A stretch of DNA of 64,000 nucleotides from Dudresnaya verticillata (GCA_977862235.1 OZ374565.1:1860001-1924000); one strand, 5' to 3'. Positions 1-13,036 are shown, numbered from the stretch's first letter. Made by a program: numbers and translations. Notes: generated by a model not told the origin, from the letters alone.

Positions 1-1677
1 AAATCTATTCGCTGCTGCTCAGGCGCAAAATACGATACCGTCAACCGAATGGTACCGATATCTTCCAGTAATGCAGGTATTCCCTCCTAAGCGGCATTCA
101 GACTATAATATATTGTCTATTGATGGATGTTGGGCATAGGATAAAGTATGGAACGTTCGTTTCATTTCTAACTTCACGTTTGCAGACTGGTACTTGTTGT
201 CCATGGTATTACCTGTTCAGAAGCAGGTGAATAGATAGATGTGGCCCACATCTGCGCATGTAATTGACTTGTCTTTGCATAGTTGAAGAACAATTGAGGG
301 ATCTCTTTAGACGGTCGGATGCGCAATCCTCGGTCCCTCGCGATGCGCTCCCTTCTACTTGACGCTCATCAATATCACACGCTTGTGGGAAGACATTAGT
401 TGTATGGTGGATTCAAGCAGTCTGCAGGGGGTACCCTTTCAATACCAAGGAGCGCTTCTTGATTGCCGGGGACTCGAGATTCGTGGCTGTTGCCCTTCTC
501 ATTGGCGATCTGGCACGCTCGTCTCTCGAATCAAACTTTGATATTCACACTGCCGCTGGAGTATATGTAGGAGCGGAGTGGTGCATACAGAGAGAGCGGG
601 AGCCTGTTTCAAGACGAGTCGATTCAATTGCCATCCGTAGGAACTTTGGGCATGAGCTAGTCTATTATGTAGATCCCCTGAGCCACTGAAATATTATAAT
701 ACCGGTCCTGTTTCAGAAGCGCCCTCTACCCTCGCTAATATTTCAATTATTCCGAGGAAGTGCTCCACAAATATCGCTCTATAGCCGGAATATCGGTTTC
801 GTGGTTTCGCTTGGCTGCCCTGCGCGAAAGGAGAACCTCGCTCTAGTGAATTGAAAAGGTTCAGGATCCCGTGGCGAAAGGGATACTGGGACATCGATCA
901 AACCTAATCTGGACAGGCTTTGCGAGTAGCAAACGTTGAAACGCACAACGAAGATGAATTGGGCGAGGAGGTGCGTCCCGGAACAAAGCCCACGGCACGA
1001 GTCATGCTCACTCTCAACGGGTAATAAGTTACTACAACAACTCTGTTACGACCTCAGAATTTCTTGAAGGGAACCGTTGTCCCCAGTGACCGATCATGCA
1101 CCTTCCTGTATGGGAACAGACTCGGGCCTCAACGACGGGACGGAGAAGTACCGGTTGCAGTTCACCTCTTTCGTTCCCTGCACAACTGCAATTTCTACGA
1201 AAAACATTTCAGTACAAACCAGGAAGTAAGCCTTTCCCCGAGACACAAAGTCGAATGCAGACGGAAAAACGACCTGCAACCTGTTCCAGATTGAGGATCG
1301 CGTTACTATTTATGGTACAAGGCGCAGAAAAGGAACACATGCGCTTGTTTTTGCAGCGGAAACACTTACGGTGGCTCACGGTAACCCAAATTCACCCGCT
1401 CTACTCATCAATGTTGGCCAATCCGCTCCTCATCCAAAACACCAGAATCAGGTAGAAGAAAGCGCCGCGGTGAACAGCCCTTCTTAGCCATCTCTAAATG
1501 AAGAAAATGAAGATGAAGCGGACGCAAAGTTTCAATACACAGCTGTACGCCGGCCATATATGCGTGAAAGCCCTCATAAACCATCCAAGGAGAACATTCC
1601 AGACGCTTTACCAGTCTAACCAGCCCCATATGAAACGGGCGAAATTGATATAAAACTCGATCAGGGCTGTCGGAGTT

Positions 1678-3147
1678 ATGCCTTCTGGGGCAAAAGGAGC
1701 AAGCGACGAATATGACTGGATCGCGCCCCTGCCACATCTTGAACGCAATATCAGACGTACTACTGCAAACAGTTCGGATTGTACTAGTCGTGCCCCAGAA
1801 CAAGGCCCTCAAGCTAATCCAGCGTTGCCCGCAGGTACTAACACACAAGGGGACGTGCAACCACAGCTCCAAATCAGCACAGGAGAACTTACAGCAACCA
1901 AACCTGATCTAGTCAAAAACGACCCTGCCCGACCTGATGTACAAAATACAGGTGTTGATGTATCGGAAATAGAAGAAGGCGAGGAGCAATCAGATGCTGT
2001 GACATTAGATGTATTGAGCGATGCTGAGGCGCAAAGTTCTTGTGATGAAACATTAGACGAAGAAGGTGCTGGAAGCTACAAGGAAAGTGAGGCTCGCACC
2101 AAAGCCATGGAGTACGTATCGATTGAGATACTGCCACAATGTCTCAGGGAAGCAGCTGTGGCTAAAAAGTGCCGGAAACGCCGAAACGACTCATGATGAG
2201 ACTAATGGGTCCCGAGAGAGAATCTACCGCTCACAAGCCAGAAACAAAAAAGCCCTATTGGTGATAAAACGTCTTTGCAGAAACGTCGCGATGCTGCTCT
2301 GAAGAGGCTCGAAGGAGCGCTTCAAGTAGAAGCAACGCTTCCGAAGCATATCGATACAGTACAGGAAATTCGAGGTCCGGAAAGTGTTGTGTATGGATGC
2401 TCATGATCAACGAAATTGTTTGTACGCGTTGCTGCAGCGACCAGAATGGAACTATTTCGTCAACGGTAAGCCAGTATGCTATGCGTTCCCGGAGAGGGAA
2501 TTAGGGCTTTCCATGGACCTGCAATATTCGATCAAACAGTTTGATGGAAGAGACCATAAGGAGGGTGACAATGCCGTGCCGTGCTAACCTCTGAGTGAGG
2601 GCAGGGATAAAATACTAAGTTACTTCAACCTACTTGGTGAGATAGAGGTGAGCTGTATTATCGGTGCAGATGAGAACCAGCTGCCATATGTTAATAAGAC
2701 TTTTTTGTATACTAGAAGTTCCTCCCGGACCAAAAACGACTGTATCTTGAAAAAGAGCCGCCCCGACCAACATATTTCTCCCACGTCTGGAAGAAACACT
2801 ACAGCGAAATAAAAGTCCGGAAAGTACAACGCTTCACAAAGTGATCAAAGTGTGAAGAACGTCGTGCGGTACTTTCCAGGCCCGGTACAAACCGTAGACA
2901 TGTGGAGCTGTTCCTGCTCCGTAGAAAGGAACATTACAAACTGGTTACAAAGTAGAGGTTGTACTACAGGGAGAACACGGAAAAGCGACTCTCTATGCCT
3001 CCGAATATTGCCTGCTGATAATTGATGGCGCGGACCAGAAAGCGTTCGGGTCCCGAAGTTCGCGGTGAACACGACGGCTACGCGCGGACATGCCACGGCA
3101 ACTAAATGTGTGAGCTCATAGGAACACAGTTCATTTAAGCACTTATC
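1678..3147 (+). pseudogene. Sola-like (DUF7869-type) DDD transposase pseudogene, N-terminal half
   Basis: Manual translation of about 2780-3147 across stops and frameshifts gives YFSHVWKKHYSEIKVRKVQRFTK*SKCE...EHYKLV...EYCLLIIDGADQKAFG. This fits the FxKCxxC and IIDG(M/A)DQ motifs of this family and is collinear with 23742-24730. The 5' boundary (acidic ORF at 1678) is uncertain. Confidence 0.65.
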
Positions 3148-3356
3148 TTAAGCATCGGCGCCGGGTCGATCATTCATCTCGCGAACACTGGATCGAAGCC
3201 GTCTCACAGACCCGACGATGGGTAGCTTGGTGGGGTAGAACGGTGTCGGCTGTGTGCGCCCCGGAGGTGCGGAGCGGCGGCGTAGATGCCGGAGCGCGCA
3301 CGGCACGTACCGTAAGCGGGTAGGCAGCGACCGAATCCCAACGACCCTTTCGAAGG

Positions 3357-4632
3357 TGTGACGCTTAACCGCTTTTGCCTTCGAAGCAGTAGATCGCGAA
3401 CGCGAAAAGGAAAAGTAAAAGGTTGGTAGAGAGAAAGTTGGGGTTGGCAAAGTCACGGCGTGGATGAGGAGTGGTGTGTTGTCCCTCGTCGTCGTCGTTC
3501 GACGCCAGCGTGCTGCCTTTATTATTTCTACAGCTGGACGGCTGTGGTGAAGCGGCCGTTTCGGAGTGCGGACGACGGTTGAGCCGACCCGCGCCCGGCA
3601 CAGTGGTGAGCTGGCGCCAAAACTCGAAACGGAGTGCAGCGACACAGTAGCACTGTACGCCTTGCTGGAGTCTGCGCGCGCCACCAATAGGAGTCAAGTA
3701 GTTGTTTTTTCATAATTAGGTAATTATAATCATTCTGTACAGTACGTAGTGTCAGCCGGCCAATAAGAATGCCGAGCATGTCCGCAACGGTGACCGGGAC
3801 CAGTAGGGCCGGACCCACCTGGTGGACCAGACCCATTGGGGTCTGGCCCACACGGGCCGGACCGCGGGGCTATCTCCCAGTATATTAATGGGTGGCCACC
3901 GCGAGTCCTACAGTAAACGGGTACGCAACCCTCGGCAAAGTGACTTACCCTAAGCCTTACCCTCATACTCCTTTACGGTTTCCCCTCGCCAGCCCCGTGC
4001 ACGGATTCTTCTTACCTCCGTACCGGGGTAGCTGTCCTGGCACTGTACCGTCCCCCTTGTCTGTTGCGTCCCTTTACTCCTTACAGGTGTTGCCGCTCGA
4101 GGTACTCCCTTCGGTCTACGAACTAAGCTCTACCACCCCGGTGTCGTGTGAGATCACTCCTTATTGGGATTGCCTGATCAGCTCTCCTTATAGGTGTGCC
4201 TTTCACTTCACCACAACGGCTCAAAGCGACCCACAGTATTTGTGGCCCGCATGCTCGCGGGGTCCGCTCCAAGTCAGATAGACCTGAACAGGTGGATGTG
4301 TTCACACCCGCCGTCCCACAGTGGGTCGGGGACGGGCGGAAAGTCGTTCAGGTCTGAACCCTGTTTTCAGGGGACCCTGAGCGTTAGCCAATAAGATGCA
4401 GAGGCTTGTCCGAAGGGACGCAAATTCGCATTGTCAGACCGGCAGTTCTGCCTTGTGCAGGCTCACCAGGTCTGTGCGCGATAGCCATGATCGGCCTTGG
4501 GGTCTGCCATTGTTCAGCAGTGCGTTCCTCAGCAGGCTCCCATTCTAGGGAATTCAACTGCAGCGTCGCGTGTGCGCGTTGGGATCCCATTGTAGGGAGT
4601 ACTCCCAAACAGTGCGAGCGCTTTGTGTAACA
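3357..4632 (-). repeat. 3' LTR of element A (contains solo LTR F and a 266-bp segment absent from the 5' LTR)
   Basis: Matches 22834-23165 with about 6 substitutions once 3543-4220 and 4348-4613 are removed. Confidence 0.88.
3543..4215 (+). mobile_element. Solo LTR F (673 bp), related to the element C LTR, opposite orientation
   Basis: Perfect 10-bp terminal IR tgtggtgaag...cttcaccaca; 5-bp TSD ACGGC (3538-3542, 4216-4220); the empty site is visible in the other A LTR; the internal block ggtgaccgggaccagtagggccggacccacctggtggacc is the reverse complement of C LTR sequence. Confidence 0.93.
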
Positions 4633-4673
4633 GTGCCCCCAAGCTTCTGTTCAGTGTGAACAAAGAAGCTTGG

Positions 4674-7600
4674 CTACGAGAAATTGCATTGCGCGAGCGC
4701 GCGTCGTTTGAGACTGCGGGTCCCGGCAGTGTGGAGAAAATCTTCGAGCAGTCCAGGCGTGTCCTCGAAGACTTGGCGCAAGGGTTCCCAGGTCTAGTCG
4801 ACCTCATCGGGGAGCCCACTCCACTCCAAGTGAATCTGGAGTTCTCCATCAACTTCTCTGATGCCACGTATTTGTTCGGCAATCTGGTAGCTTGTCTCGG
4901 AGTGCTCCGCAGCTTTCAGCAGTACAGGAAGGACTTCCTTGCCATCCATATCCGAGCGGTAAAGGTGTAAGCGGCGCGCGTGCACCACTTCCCTTTTGTC
5001 CGTGATGAGGTTCTGTATCTCGAAGACCCATTCCGAACGGACTTGTGTGACGCGGCGAGGTCCTCGCCAAACTAATTTCAGCTTGTGTCCACCGGGCTGA
5101 GCGCGACGAACGAGGACAAAGTCGCCTTCGACGAAGTTAGCGCGGTGAACGTTCGTGCGCTTGTTGTGTTGATCAACTTTTCGCTTCCGCGCAGCACTTG
5201 AGATCTCTTCCACATCTCGATGAATGTTGAACAACGCATCCTGGAGTTGATCAATGTTGAGAAGCACGCGTGCGGGTAGCTCTTCGATTGTTTTGGCCAA
5301 CCGGTACTTGTTCATCTGTAAGGCTCTCAGTAGAGGAAGCACAGGTCGATGTCCTGTGAAGACCTCGAGCGGAGTGCGGTGTACACCTGGCGTTTCCGCG
5401 TCGCGAAGGCCAAGCTTCCGAAGCGGTGCTTGATTGATGATGCTCTGTACAGATTCGGTTACTGTAGGCCAATCCTTCGGCGATAGCTTCCATTCGCTGA
5501 GCAGCGCGCGGCATGCGCGAAGTACTTCGCGGCAAACTCTCTCGACGGAACCGTTCGCCCACGGAGAATAAGCCGTGGTGAAATGATGTTGCGAACGCAG
5601 TTCTTCCACCATCTCCTTGAGTAGTTTGTTCTTGAAATGGGATCCCTGATCGCTGACGAGCCAATCCATATAACCAAAGCTGCCAACCCAAGCGTTCAGG
5701 GCAGCAGCGGCAGCGTCGGCGTCCGCCTCGTCTGTTGGCCAAAGCCAGATGTACGAGGACAAGTCGTCCCGTATGATGAGGACGTATTTCTTCCCGTCCA
5801 CACCTTGAACCATGTAAAGGAAATCGGCGTGGACAACTTCATTAGGGCGTTCGGCGTGCAGAGCGTGTCCGAGCGGTCGCGGGACGATCTCCCCCGTACG
5901 AGTTATTATGCAGTGTAGGCATCCGCGAACCAACTCATCGACATCCTCCTTGATGGTCTCCCACCAAAATTTCTCGAGTATGATGCTCTTGGTTGCATCC
6001 ATACCTCGGTGTCTGATTGTACCACAGTGTGAACACACAATTACTTTGAGCTTGAGTTCGAGGTCCTCCTTCGGAATCCAGATGAGATTTACTTTCTTCC
6101 ACAATCTGTCATCCTCGTCAAGGAGTACTCCTTCAGTGCGTGTGTGAGACGCTTGTGAGTCGCAAATCACGTCGATATCCGGCCAGACAATTGCGTCAGC
6201 GACAGGGATGAGCTGTTCAGCTTCTTCGAGTATAACGCTGCACAGCATTGACTTCTCGTTGCGGTAGCCCTTGACCCAGCGAGTAAGAATATCTGCGAAC
6301 ACATTTTCTTCTCCCTTGATGTGCTCAATTACGTAGCTGAACTTGGACAAGTACAGAGCCCAACGTTGAACTTTTGAGACAATGTGCCTTCTAAGAGCTG
6401 GTTCCAGCGCAAGAGGTGCGAACACGAACAGTAGATTTCGATGATCCGTGAACACGTGAGTACGCGCGTGACCAAGCAGCATGTAGTCGAGTTTCTCAAA
6501 GGTCTGGAACACCGCGAATCCTTCTTTCTCGAAGGTAGACCAGTTCAGCGATGCGCCTGTAAACTGGGAACCCAAAAATGCGAGGGGTTCACGCTTCTGT
6601 TCGCCGACCGGCTTCTTCAGATCTAATTCGTCGCACTGCGTGACAACGCCAGACCAGAACCGTTCGGACGCATCGGTGAATACGCAAATAGCTTTGTCCG
6701 GATCCGGATAAGAGAGGGTGACAGCGGTCCGTAGGCTGTCTTGAAGATCGAGAAAGGCCTTCTCATGCGGGACCCCCAAGACAGGTTACTGAGCGCGATC
6801 TTGCGGATAGATCTCTTCGTGCGCTTTGCAGATTTGGCGTACGCCTCTTCCAAGATGTGGTTGAGCGGCGCGATGCGGCGCGCGAAGTCGGGGATGGCGA
6901 GCGACATCCAGCGACAGCAGTAGATGAACTGCGCAAGTTCTTCCGCAGTCTTCGGGGTTCCCATTTCTTGCAAACCCGAAAGACGTGTGGGGTCGAGTGT
7001 GTACCCTTCCCCAGACACAATGCGACCGCACCAGCGAAGTTTCTTGCGAAAGAGTTTGCATTTCCGTGCGGAAAGCCACAATCTCTTCCCCTTACAGGTG
7101 CGGGGAAAACTCTCGAGATTGTCCGAAAGAATATCCTCGGATGGGGCGTGAAGGCTGAAATCGTCCAGCTATGCCTTCCGAAAATCACGCAGGCTGACGA
7201 ATAGAGGCTCGACCGAGCTCTGGAAAAAGCCACGGCGTTCGCCAGACCATGCAACACGCGTTTTGATATCATTACCCGGCGCGGTGTGATGACGCCACAC
7301 GCGGTGTAGGAATCGGGATGCAGTAGAAGCTGCCAATAACCCGACACGAAATCCAGCGAGGCGAAACACGTGCTCCCTGAGAAATCATACACCTCACTGT
7401 CCAGATGAGGCATTGGCCACGACTCTTTGATTGTCGCACCATTGACCGGACGAAGGTCCACGGTCATACGATACCCAGCTCTGGAACCAGGCTTCGGCAC
7501 AAGGAGAGGTGCCGCTTGCCATTCGGCGGTTGGCATCTCCTCGAAAAATTCCATCTCCTTGAGCTGATCCACGTACGCGCTCAGGAAGTTCCGTTGTTCA

Positions 7601-7964
7601 CCGGAGTATCCCCTTGCTTTCACACGTACCGGTCGGTATCCTTGTTGAAGTCGCACCCTCATTGGCGGAACGTCGGCTGGTTGGGATTTGCCCAGCCGAA
7701 TCCGAAAACCGGGTACCTGTCCAGGATAGAGGTCAGCCGTTCGGCTCCGGCATCGCTCAGTCCATTGTTGCGAGCGTCTTCGACCATTGTGGCGATCGCC
7801 TTTTTCAAATCATCCGGTGAGTCCTCGCCAAGATCGACGTAGACGTTACTGTCTTCGAGTTGATCGTCCTCAGCACCCCCTTCGCTGTTGAAGGTGCTTC
7901 CAAAGTCCAAACCGCGTTCGCGAAGGATTCCATGAATAGACGCACCGGCGTCGGCGCAAGGAGT
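4674..7964 (-). pseudogene. pol of element A (RT, RNase H, integrase, chromodomain), frameshifted
   Basis: Motifs TVDLRPVN, LDFVSGYWQ, *LDDF, FTDAS, NVFADILTR, HHCC (HCGTIRHRG...CLHC), SDQGSHF, NGSVER, WRGP and chromo-like LEWSGLPDEVD*TWEP, spread over ORFs 7659, 6763, 6623 and 4794. Confidence 0.92.
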
Positions 7965-7969
7965 GTCGC

Positions 7970-8787
7970 TGTGATGCAAAGCGTCTGTAGACGATGGACC
8001 GCCGAGCAGTTTGGGGCTCGGTGGGTAGCTGCGCCCTTGGCGAGGGGTGGTCCCGCCGTAGACGACTTGGTGGTAGAGCAAAGGAACACGCCTTGGGCGG
8101 ACTGTAGACGCCCGAGGCGGAAGGTGTGAAGGAAAGGGAAAGGAAACAGAAAGGAACAAAAGGAAAGCACGTCAAGGACGGGTAGAGATGTGGAAGCACG
8201 GGAGGTAGACGCTTAGCCGTAGGCAGCGGTAGGATACGCGCGAGCGGAACGGGAAAGTCTGGACCAAGGCCGGCTTGTCCGGGGTTTACTCAGCGTCGCA
8301 GACGGATTACCTAATATACTACGTGAGCGACGGCGGTAGGCGCGGTGCGCGGGAACTCAGGACGCTTGTCGCGTCGTCGAGTGTCTGACACGTCGTCGTC
8401 GCCATGCAGCCGCGCGCGCGGGAGCTCAGGAGTAGCTTACAGGCGCGTGCGTGTAGCGTTGCGGGTGATCCGGATTCGGATCCGGATCCCGGCCAGCATT
8501 GCTGGCGCGCGGCCCTTACAGGCGCGCTCCTTACATCGCTGTGGATCCGGATGCCGGACCAAGCTTACAGGCGGGCGCCTTGCGCCCGGCTGATCGGGAT
8601 CGTGCATCCGGATCTGGCCGTACAGTGGGCGCGTGCGCCGCGCCGCGCGGGGTAACGGCGGCCGGATGCCCGTGGGCCAATCGTCGATGACGTGTTCGCG
8701 CCCCAACGGCGGTGGACGTGCCGTCGGTAGACGTTGACATATAATACGCTCAGAGCGAAAAAGGGGCAGCCCTCCCCTTGCACCACA
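7970..8787 (-). repeat. 3' LTR of element B
   Basis: tgtgatgcaa...ttgcaccaca; direct repeat of 20444-21261; adjacent PPT (minus strand gcgagggggtcg, about 8788-8799). Confidence 0.96.
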
Positions 8788-9255
8788 CGACCCCCTCGCA
8801 AAACGCGAACACGTCCGCCGCAAACTTGCGTTTCTCTGCGGGTCCCCCATCGTTGTGCGTGCGTTCCTGCGTTCCGGCTGTGCCGTGCTAACTTCGCGTG
8901 CTGCGCGTTGCGTCCGGCGAGCTCTCTCTTTCGTGCGCGCTTTCCTCATCGTACACCATCGCCGTTGGCGCCTTGCGAATCCCGTCAACGACGCCACATC
9001 CATTTCGTCGCCTAGGGCGTTTCAGTTGCATCGTCGTCGACGAGTTGTTGTGAGTTTGTGTGAAGCTCATCGCCCAAGGCGCAGGTGTTTCCCGTCTGTG
9101 ACGCAGCTTCATCGTAGTCGCCCGTGGCGCAGGACAAAAGGCGTCTTTGACGTAAGCAAAAAGTATAACCGCCTGTGGCGTGGGGCAAGGGTCGTCGTTG
9201 ACGTGTGGTTGACCTTAAGCGCCAGTGGCGTACACGAAGTTGCGTCGTTGACGAT

Positions 9256-11613
9256 ATGCCGACGTTCAATGGTGTGCAGGTCGCGGCGCCCTCGGCCGCG
9301 CCGGTATACTTATCTCCATACGACTTCGTCGGTAAGAACCCGCAAGATCACGGGGACATCTTCGCGCAGTCCCCCTGGTTTGACCAGGAGGCCTTGCGTA
9401 ATGAGGAGCTCATTGCTCATTACGCTACCAGCGGATTTTTGCCTGGGGGACTCCCCCTTGCCGTCGTCTGGACGATGGATTGGAAGTTGGGCTGCGCGGT
9501 GCCGCCCGAGTGGCTGTGGGTTCGCGCAGGGCAATCGCGTGCGCGCGTGCATGCCAGGTTCGTCGCAGACGTGTATCGCCGCTCCACGCGTTATCTGTGC
9601 TCGGCGTTAACGCCGGCTATCTTCGAGTTTGATGCCGGTCAATACCGGACCAATGGCGAGATTGAGTATGGGAATCGTCTAGGGACGTTATCGCTCAAAC
9701 ATCTGAGCGTGCCGACAGAGCCGCGTATCAGGCAGGAGGCGTACCTCCTGGGAGTATGCTTGAAAGCGGATTTTCGTTACCAACACCGAACGGGGACGTT
9801 CTTTTGGGAACGATGCATACGTTGGGAATGTGAAACGCGTCGCCGAAAGGGCGTCTTTGTGGCCTACCAGGATATTCAGGTCGATCATATCGAACGCAGT
9901 AAGTTACCTCACTGCTTCGTGAAGGTACCGCCCGTTTGGCGAGAGTTCGAAATTTGCGAAGGTTTCGATACCGAACTTCCTTCGTGTCTCACGTATATCG
10001 GGTCGGAGTTAATGACGGACCCGTACTCCAAATGGTGGGTCATGTTCTACACCGAATGGGTGGCAAACGTAGCGTACGCATGGATTTGGGAGGTGTATGA
10101 CACCTTCCGCATGTATTGGTTGCCACCTCGCATAGTTGCGTCTCTTGGTGGCCTGGACCTAGCCGAGATACTCGGCGGGTCGAGGAACAGCCAGGAGTTC
10201 TGGGATTTGCGCTCAGTAGCGGATGAAATTAACTGGAACGACCCGGCGATGGTGCCGTTAGGGAACAACCGTCGTAAGACGAACCGCCCGCGATTCGCGA
10301 TGAGTCGTAATCACTCCGCCTGTGGCGATTGGATCCATTATAATCCATGGACAAAGCGTCGTACGATGAAGAACGTTGCGGAGCGCCATCGCAAAACGGA
10401 TCGCTTCACCCCGGGTAACCACCCGCGTGGTTTGCGTAAGAGCTGCGACTCTGTCGGTGATTTTCCTCCGCACTTGAGTGCCTTGATGGCCGAGGAAGAT
10501 GCTTTTAACGCCGATGACGAACCGGATAACCCGTCTGGGACGGCTGTTGCTACGCCTATGGCGGTTGAGTCATCTGCCGAGGCTGCGGTTCCACCATCAG
10601 CTTTACCAAAAGGGTCTGCCGGTGGTGTTGGGGTGTCGGCTGGCTTGCCAGTTGTGGCACCTTTGGACCTCGCGGCTCCCGTCTCGGACGTTGATGGCGA
10701 TGCCGTTATGGCGACGCCAATAGTCGAGTCGGCTCCGCCGGCCGTAACGCCTCAGGGCGTAGTATCAAACGTCGTAGACGGGTTTGTGAAGGCGCCCTCG
10801 GCGCCGTTCTGGACCGAGGAACAGCGCTGCACCGTGCTCGCCTTATTGCGTGCAGCTGGAGTCGCTACTAGCGGTTTGAGTGGCTCGCCCACTGAGTGGG
10901 TGAGCCAGTCTCTGGCGGCTGCGTCGCGTCCCCAGAGTGCGTCGGTGCCGGTGCCGATGGTTGGCGTAGGTTCTGCGTCGAAAGACGGTGCAGACGGAAA
11001 GTCGTCATCGCCTAAGGCGACTGGTTCAGCGTCCCAAAACGTAATTGCTACTGTACCGCCAGCGGCGAGCGAGGCAAATGTCGCTACAACGTCTCCGACG
11101 GTTGAGGAGGGCCCAGTGGCTCCTGCGTTGATGACGGACGTTGAATCAGTGACGCCAAAGGCGCGTGAGGGGTCTACGTCGGTTCAGACGGTTCCGGTAG
11201 TTGCGCCGAAGGCGGTTGTTTCTGTTGAGACGCCGAAGGCGAGTGGTGAGTTAGATTCTACGCCCAAGGCGGTTGTGGTTGCTTCGTCGTCCAAGGGTAC
11301 AGTCCCTGCAACTACGCCGAAGGCGGGTGTTATCGTGGCAGCGCCGGAGACGAATGAACGACTTGGTTCTGCGCCATCGGCGGTTGGCAAAACCAAAGAG
11401 GCTTCGCCGCCCAAGGCGGGTGGTGAGTCGAACTCTTCGCCAGCGGCGCGTATTGCTCCTTCAGCTGTGGCGGTGGCGGTGCCTTTGCGGTCCGTCCCTG
11501 TTGCTGCTGTGGGCGTGCCGTCAGTGACGGAAGACGACCTCTATAAAGAGGCGTTGAGGGAGTCCGCCGAGGGCAGTGGTACGGCGGACTCGGCCAAACC
11601 GTCTGCGACGTGA
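9256..11613 (+). CDS. Antisense additional ORF (aORF) of element B, unknown function; aromatic-rich N-terminal domain plus Ala/Pro/Ser/Val-rich tail
   Basis: Uninterrupted ORF (track 9205..11613; first ATG at 9256, about 785 aa) between pol and the 3' LTR, antisense to gag-pol; homologous to the aORFs of C and D. Confidence 0.85.
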   Translation: MPTFNGVQVAAPSAAPVYLSPYDFVGKNPQDHGDIFAQSPWFDQEALRNEELIAHYATSGFLPGGLPLAVVWTMDWKLGCAVPPEWLWVRAGQSRARVHARFVADVYRRSTRYLCSALTPAIFEFDAGQYRTNGEIEYGNRLGTLSLKHLSVPTEPRIRQEAYLLGVCLKADFRYQHRTGTFFWERCIRWECETRRRKGVFVAYQDIQVDHIERSKLPHCFVKVPPVWREFEICEGFDTELPSCLTYIGSELMTDPYSKWWVMFYTEWVANVAYAWIWEVYDTFRMYWLPPRIVASLGGLDLAEILGGSRNSQEFWDLRSVADEINWNDPAMVPLGNNRRKTNRPRFAMSRNHSACGDWIHYNPWTKRRTMKNVAERHRKTDRFTPGNHPRGLRKSCDSVGDFPPHLSALMAEEDAFNADDEPDNPSGTAVATPMAVESSAEAAVPPSALPKGSAGGVGVSAGLPVVAPLDLAAPVSDVDGDAVMATPIVESAPPAVTPQGVVSNVVDGFVKAPSAPFWTEEQRCTVLALLRAAGVATSGLSGSPTEWVSQSLAAASRPQSASVPVPMVGVGSASKDGADGKSSSPKATGSASQNVIATVPPAASEANVATTSPTVEEGPVAPALMTDVESVTPKAREGSTSVQTVPVVAPKAVVSVETPKASGELDSTPKAVVVASSSKGTVPATTPKAGVIVAAPETNERLGSAPSAVGKTKEASPPKAGGESNSSPAARIAPSAVAVAVPLRSVPVAAVGVPSVTEDDLYKEALRESAEGSGTADSAKPSAT

Positions 11614-13036
11614 CATAGTTAGCGTCGTGTAGGGCGGGAGGCCTTCGCGAGGTGCGTATTGTGGTACCCTGTCGCCTCCTTTGGGGAGTCGGGAGGGCAG
11701 GCATCGTACGTCGTTGACGAATGTGTTAAATGTTCTGCGGCGTTTTAGCCGCCGTGGCTTGTAGCTTGGGCGCGGGACTTCCCCGTTGCTTAGCCCGAAT
11801 AAATTGTATCGTTAGTAACGTAGTTTGGTTTCGTCCCGCTGTAACCCTCGTGTTGCAGCCGTCGCGTCGTAGTGTTTTGCCACCGCGTTCCTTGTCTCGT
11901 CGTGACGACGTTATCGTATTAGTCGTCGAGAGACGTTACTTGGGCGTTTTACCTCCCTTCTTTGTTCGCTGCATTAGCGTTGTGTAGCGCGCCTGGGGCG
12001 TTTGGGGGTTTAGCGACGTTGTCGGGGCCGAGCCTCTTGGTTGTCTCGCTTAGCGAAGCGTTTCTTTGCGTTGCATTTCATCCTGCCACGCTCGACGTAG
12101 TCGTCCTAGGGGACTCGCTCAGCGCGTTCTTGGGTGGTCTGTCGAGTTCGGACCGTGGCTTGCGCGTGAGCGTGGGCCATTTGCAACGCCTAGGGCGTAT
12201 TCTCTTCTCGCTTGGTGCGCTGTAGTTTAGTTGCGCACGTCGTCGTTGACGGAGGTCGGCGTGTGGTAGGTGAGGTCAGAGCCTTGCTCCTCGTCTCCGA
12301 CGTTCGCTTCCGAGGGTGGGGAATGGTCGTCGCGCGACTGTGGTGGCCATCCCCAGCGGCGGAGCCGGTTGCGCGATATGGTTAGCGATTCGGTTGTGCG
12401 TCGTGCACGGAACCGTGATAAACGCGTCCTCGACGACTCACTCCCCCCCTTTGTCGGCGGGTGCGGCGGCGTGCCCCTTCTTCGGGAGGTGCGTCGGCGG
12501 CGTGGTGCGTGTGTTCGTGCCCGGCCGAGTCGTTCGCTGGCTGTAATGTGAAGGCGGTAGCGACTCGGTCGTGGTGCGCAAGCGTGCGGCAACGTCGGGG
12601 ACGGTCGTTGCGCGTTACGAAGTGCGTCTGGCGTCGTGCGTGCCGGTAGCACCAGTGCTGCCACTTGGCATACCTTGTTTGGCGTAATGGTTGATGGTCG
12701 GGTAGTTCGCCTCCCCTTGGTTTGGGCATTAAAATTTCCAGCTCGCGTCTGCGTCTGCAATGGGATTAGTGAGGAGCGTACCTCGGCGAGTGATCGGGAG
12801 CCACTGTCAGCCACCCACGCATCCGGGGCGTTGTATGAGGGCCTTTTGGTATGGGTGTCTTTGACGCAAGATTTGTGTCCAGCTCCGTCTGTGACGTGTG
12901 TGCTTGATTGTCGCCGCGGCGGGTGTGTCCGCGTCCACGTACGTTAGAGGGGGCTTCCACGCCGTTGGCGACATCGGGCCCGCGCAGTCTCTGAGCGTCA
13001 TTGTATTCGCTATTAGCGTTGTTTTCCCGATTAGGG

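Noticed and set aside
300..1500. Degenerate coding-like fragments, faintly SET-like
   Set aside because: Multiple stops and no diagnostic motif; cannot be supported by eye.
7659..9112. Many overlapping ORFs inside the B LTRs (also 20236-21344) and C LTRs
   Set aside because: GC-rich LTR sequence duplicated at both ends; no protein motifs.
11730..13030. ORFs in the 1.4-kb spacer between the B aORF and pol as a possible env or second aORF
   Set aside because: Short, on both strands, Arg-rich shadow composition; no counterpart in C or D.
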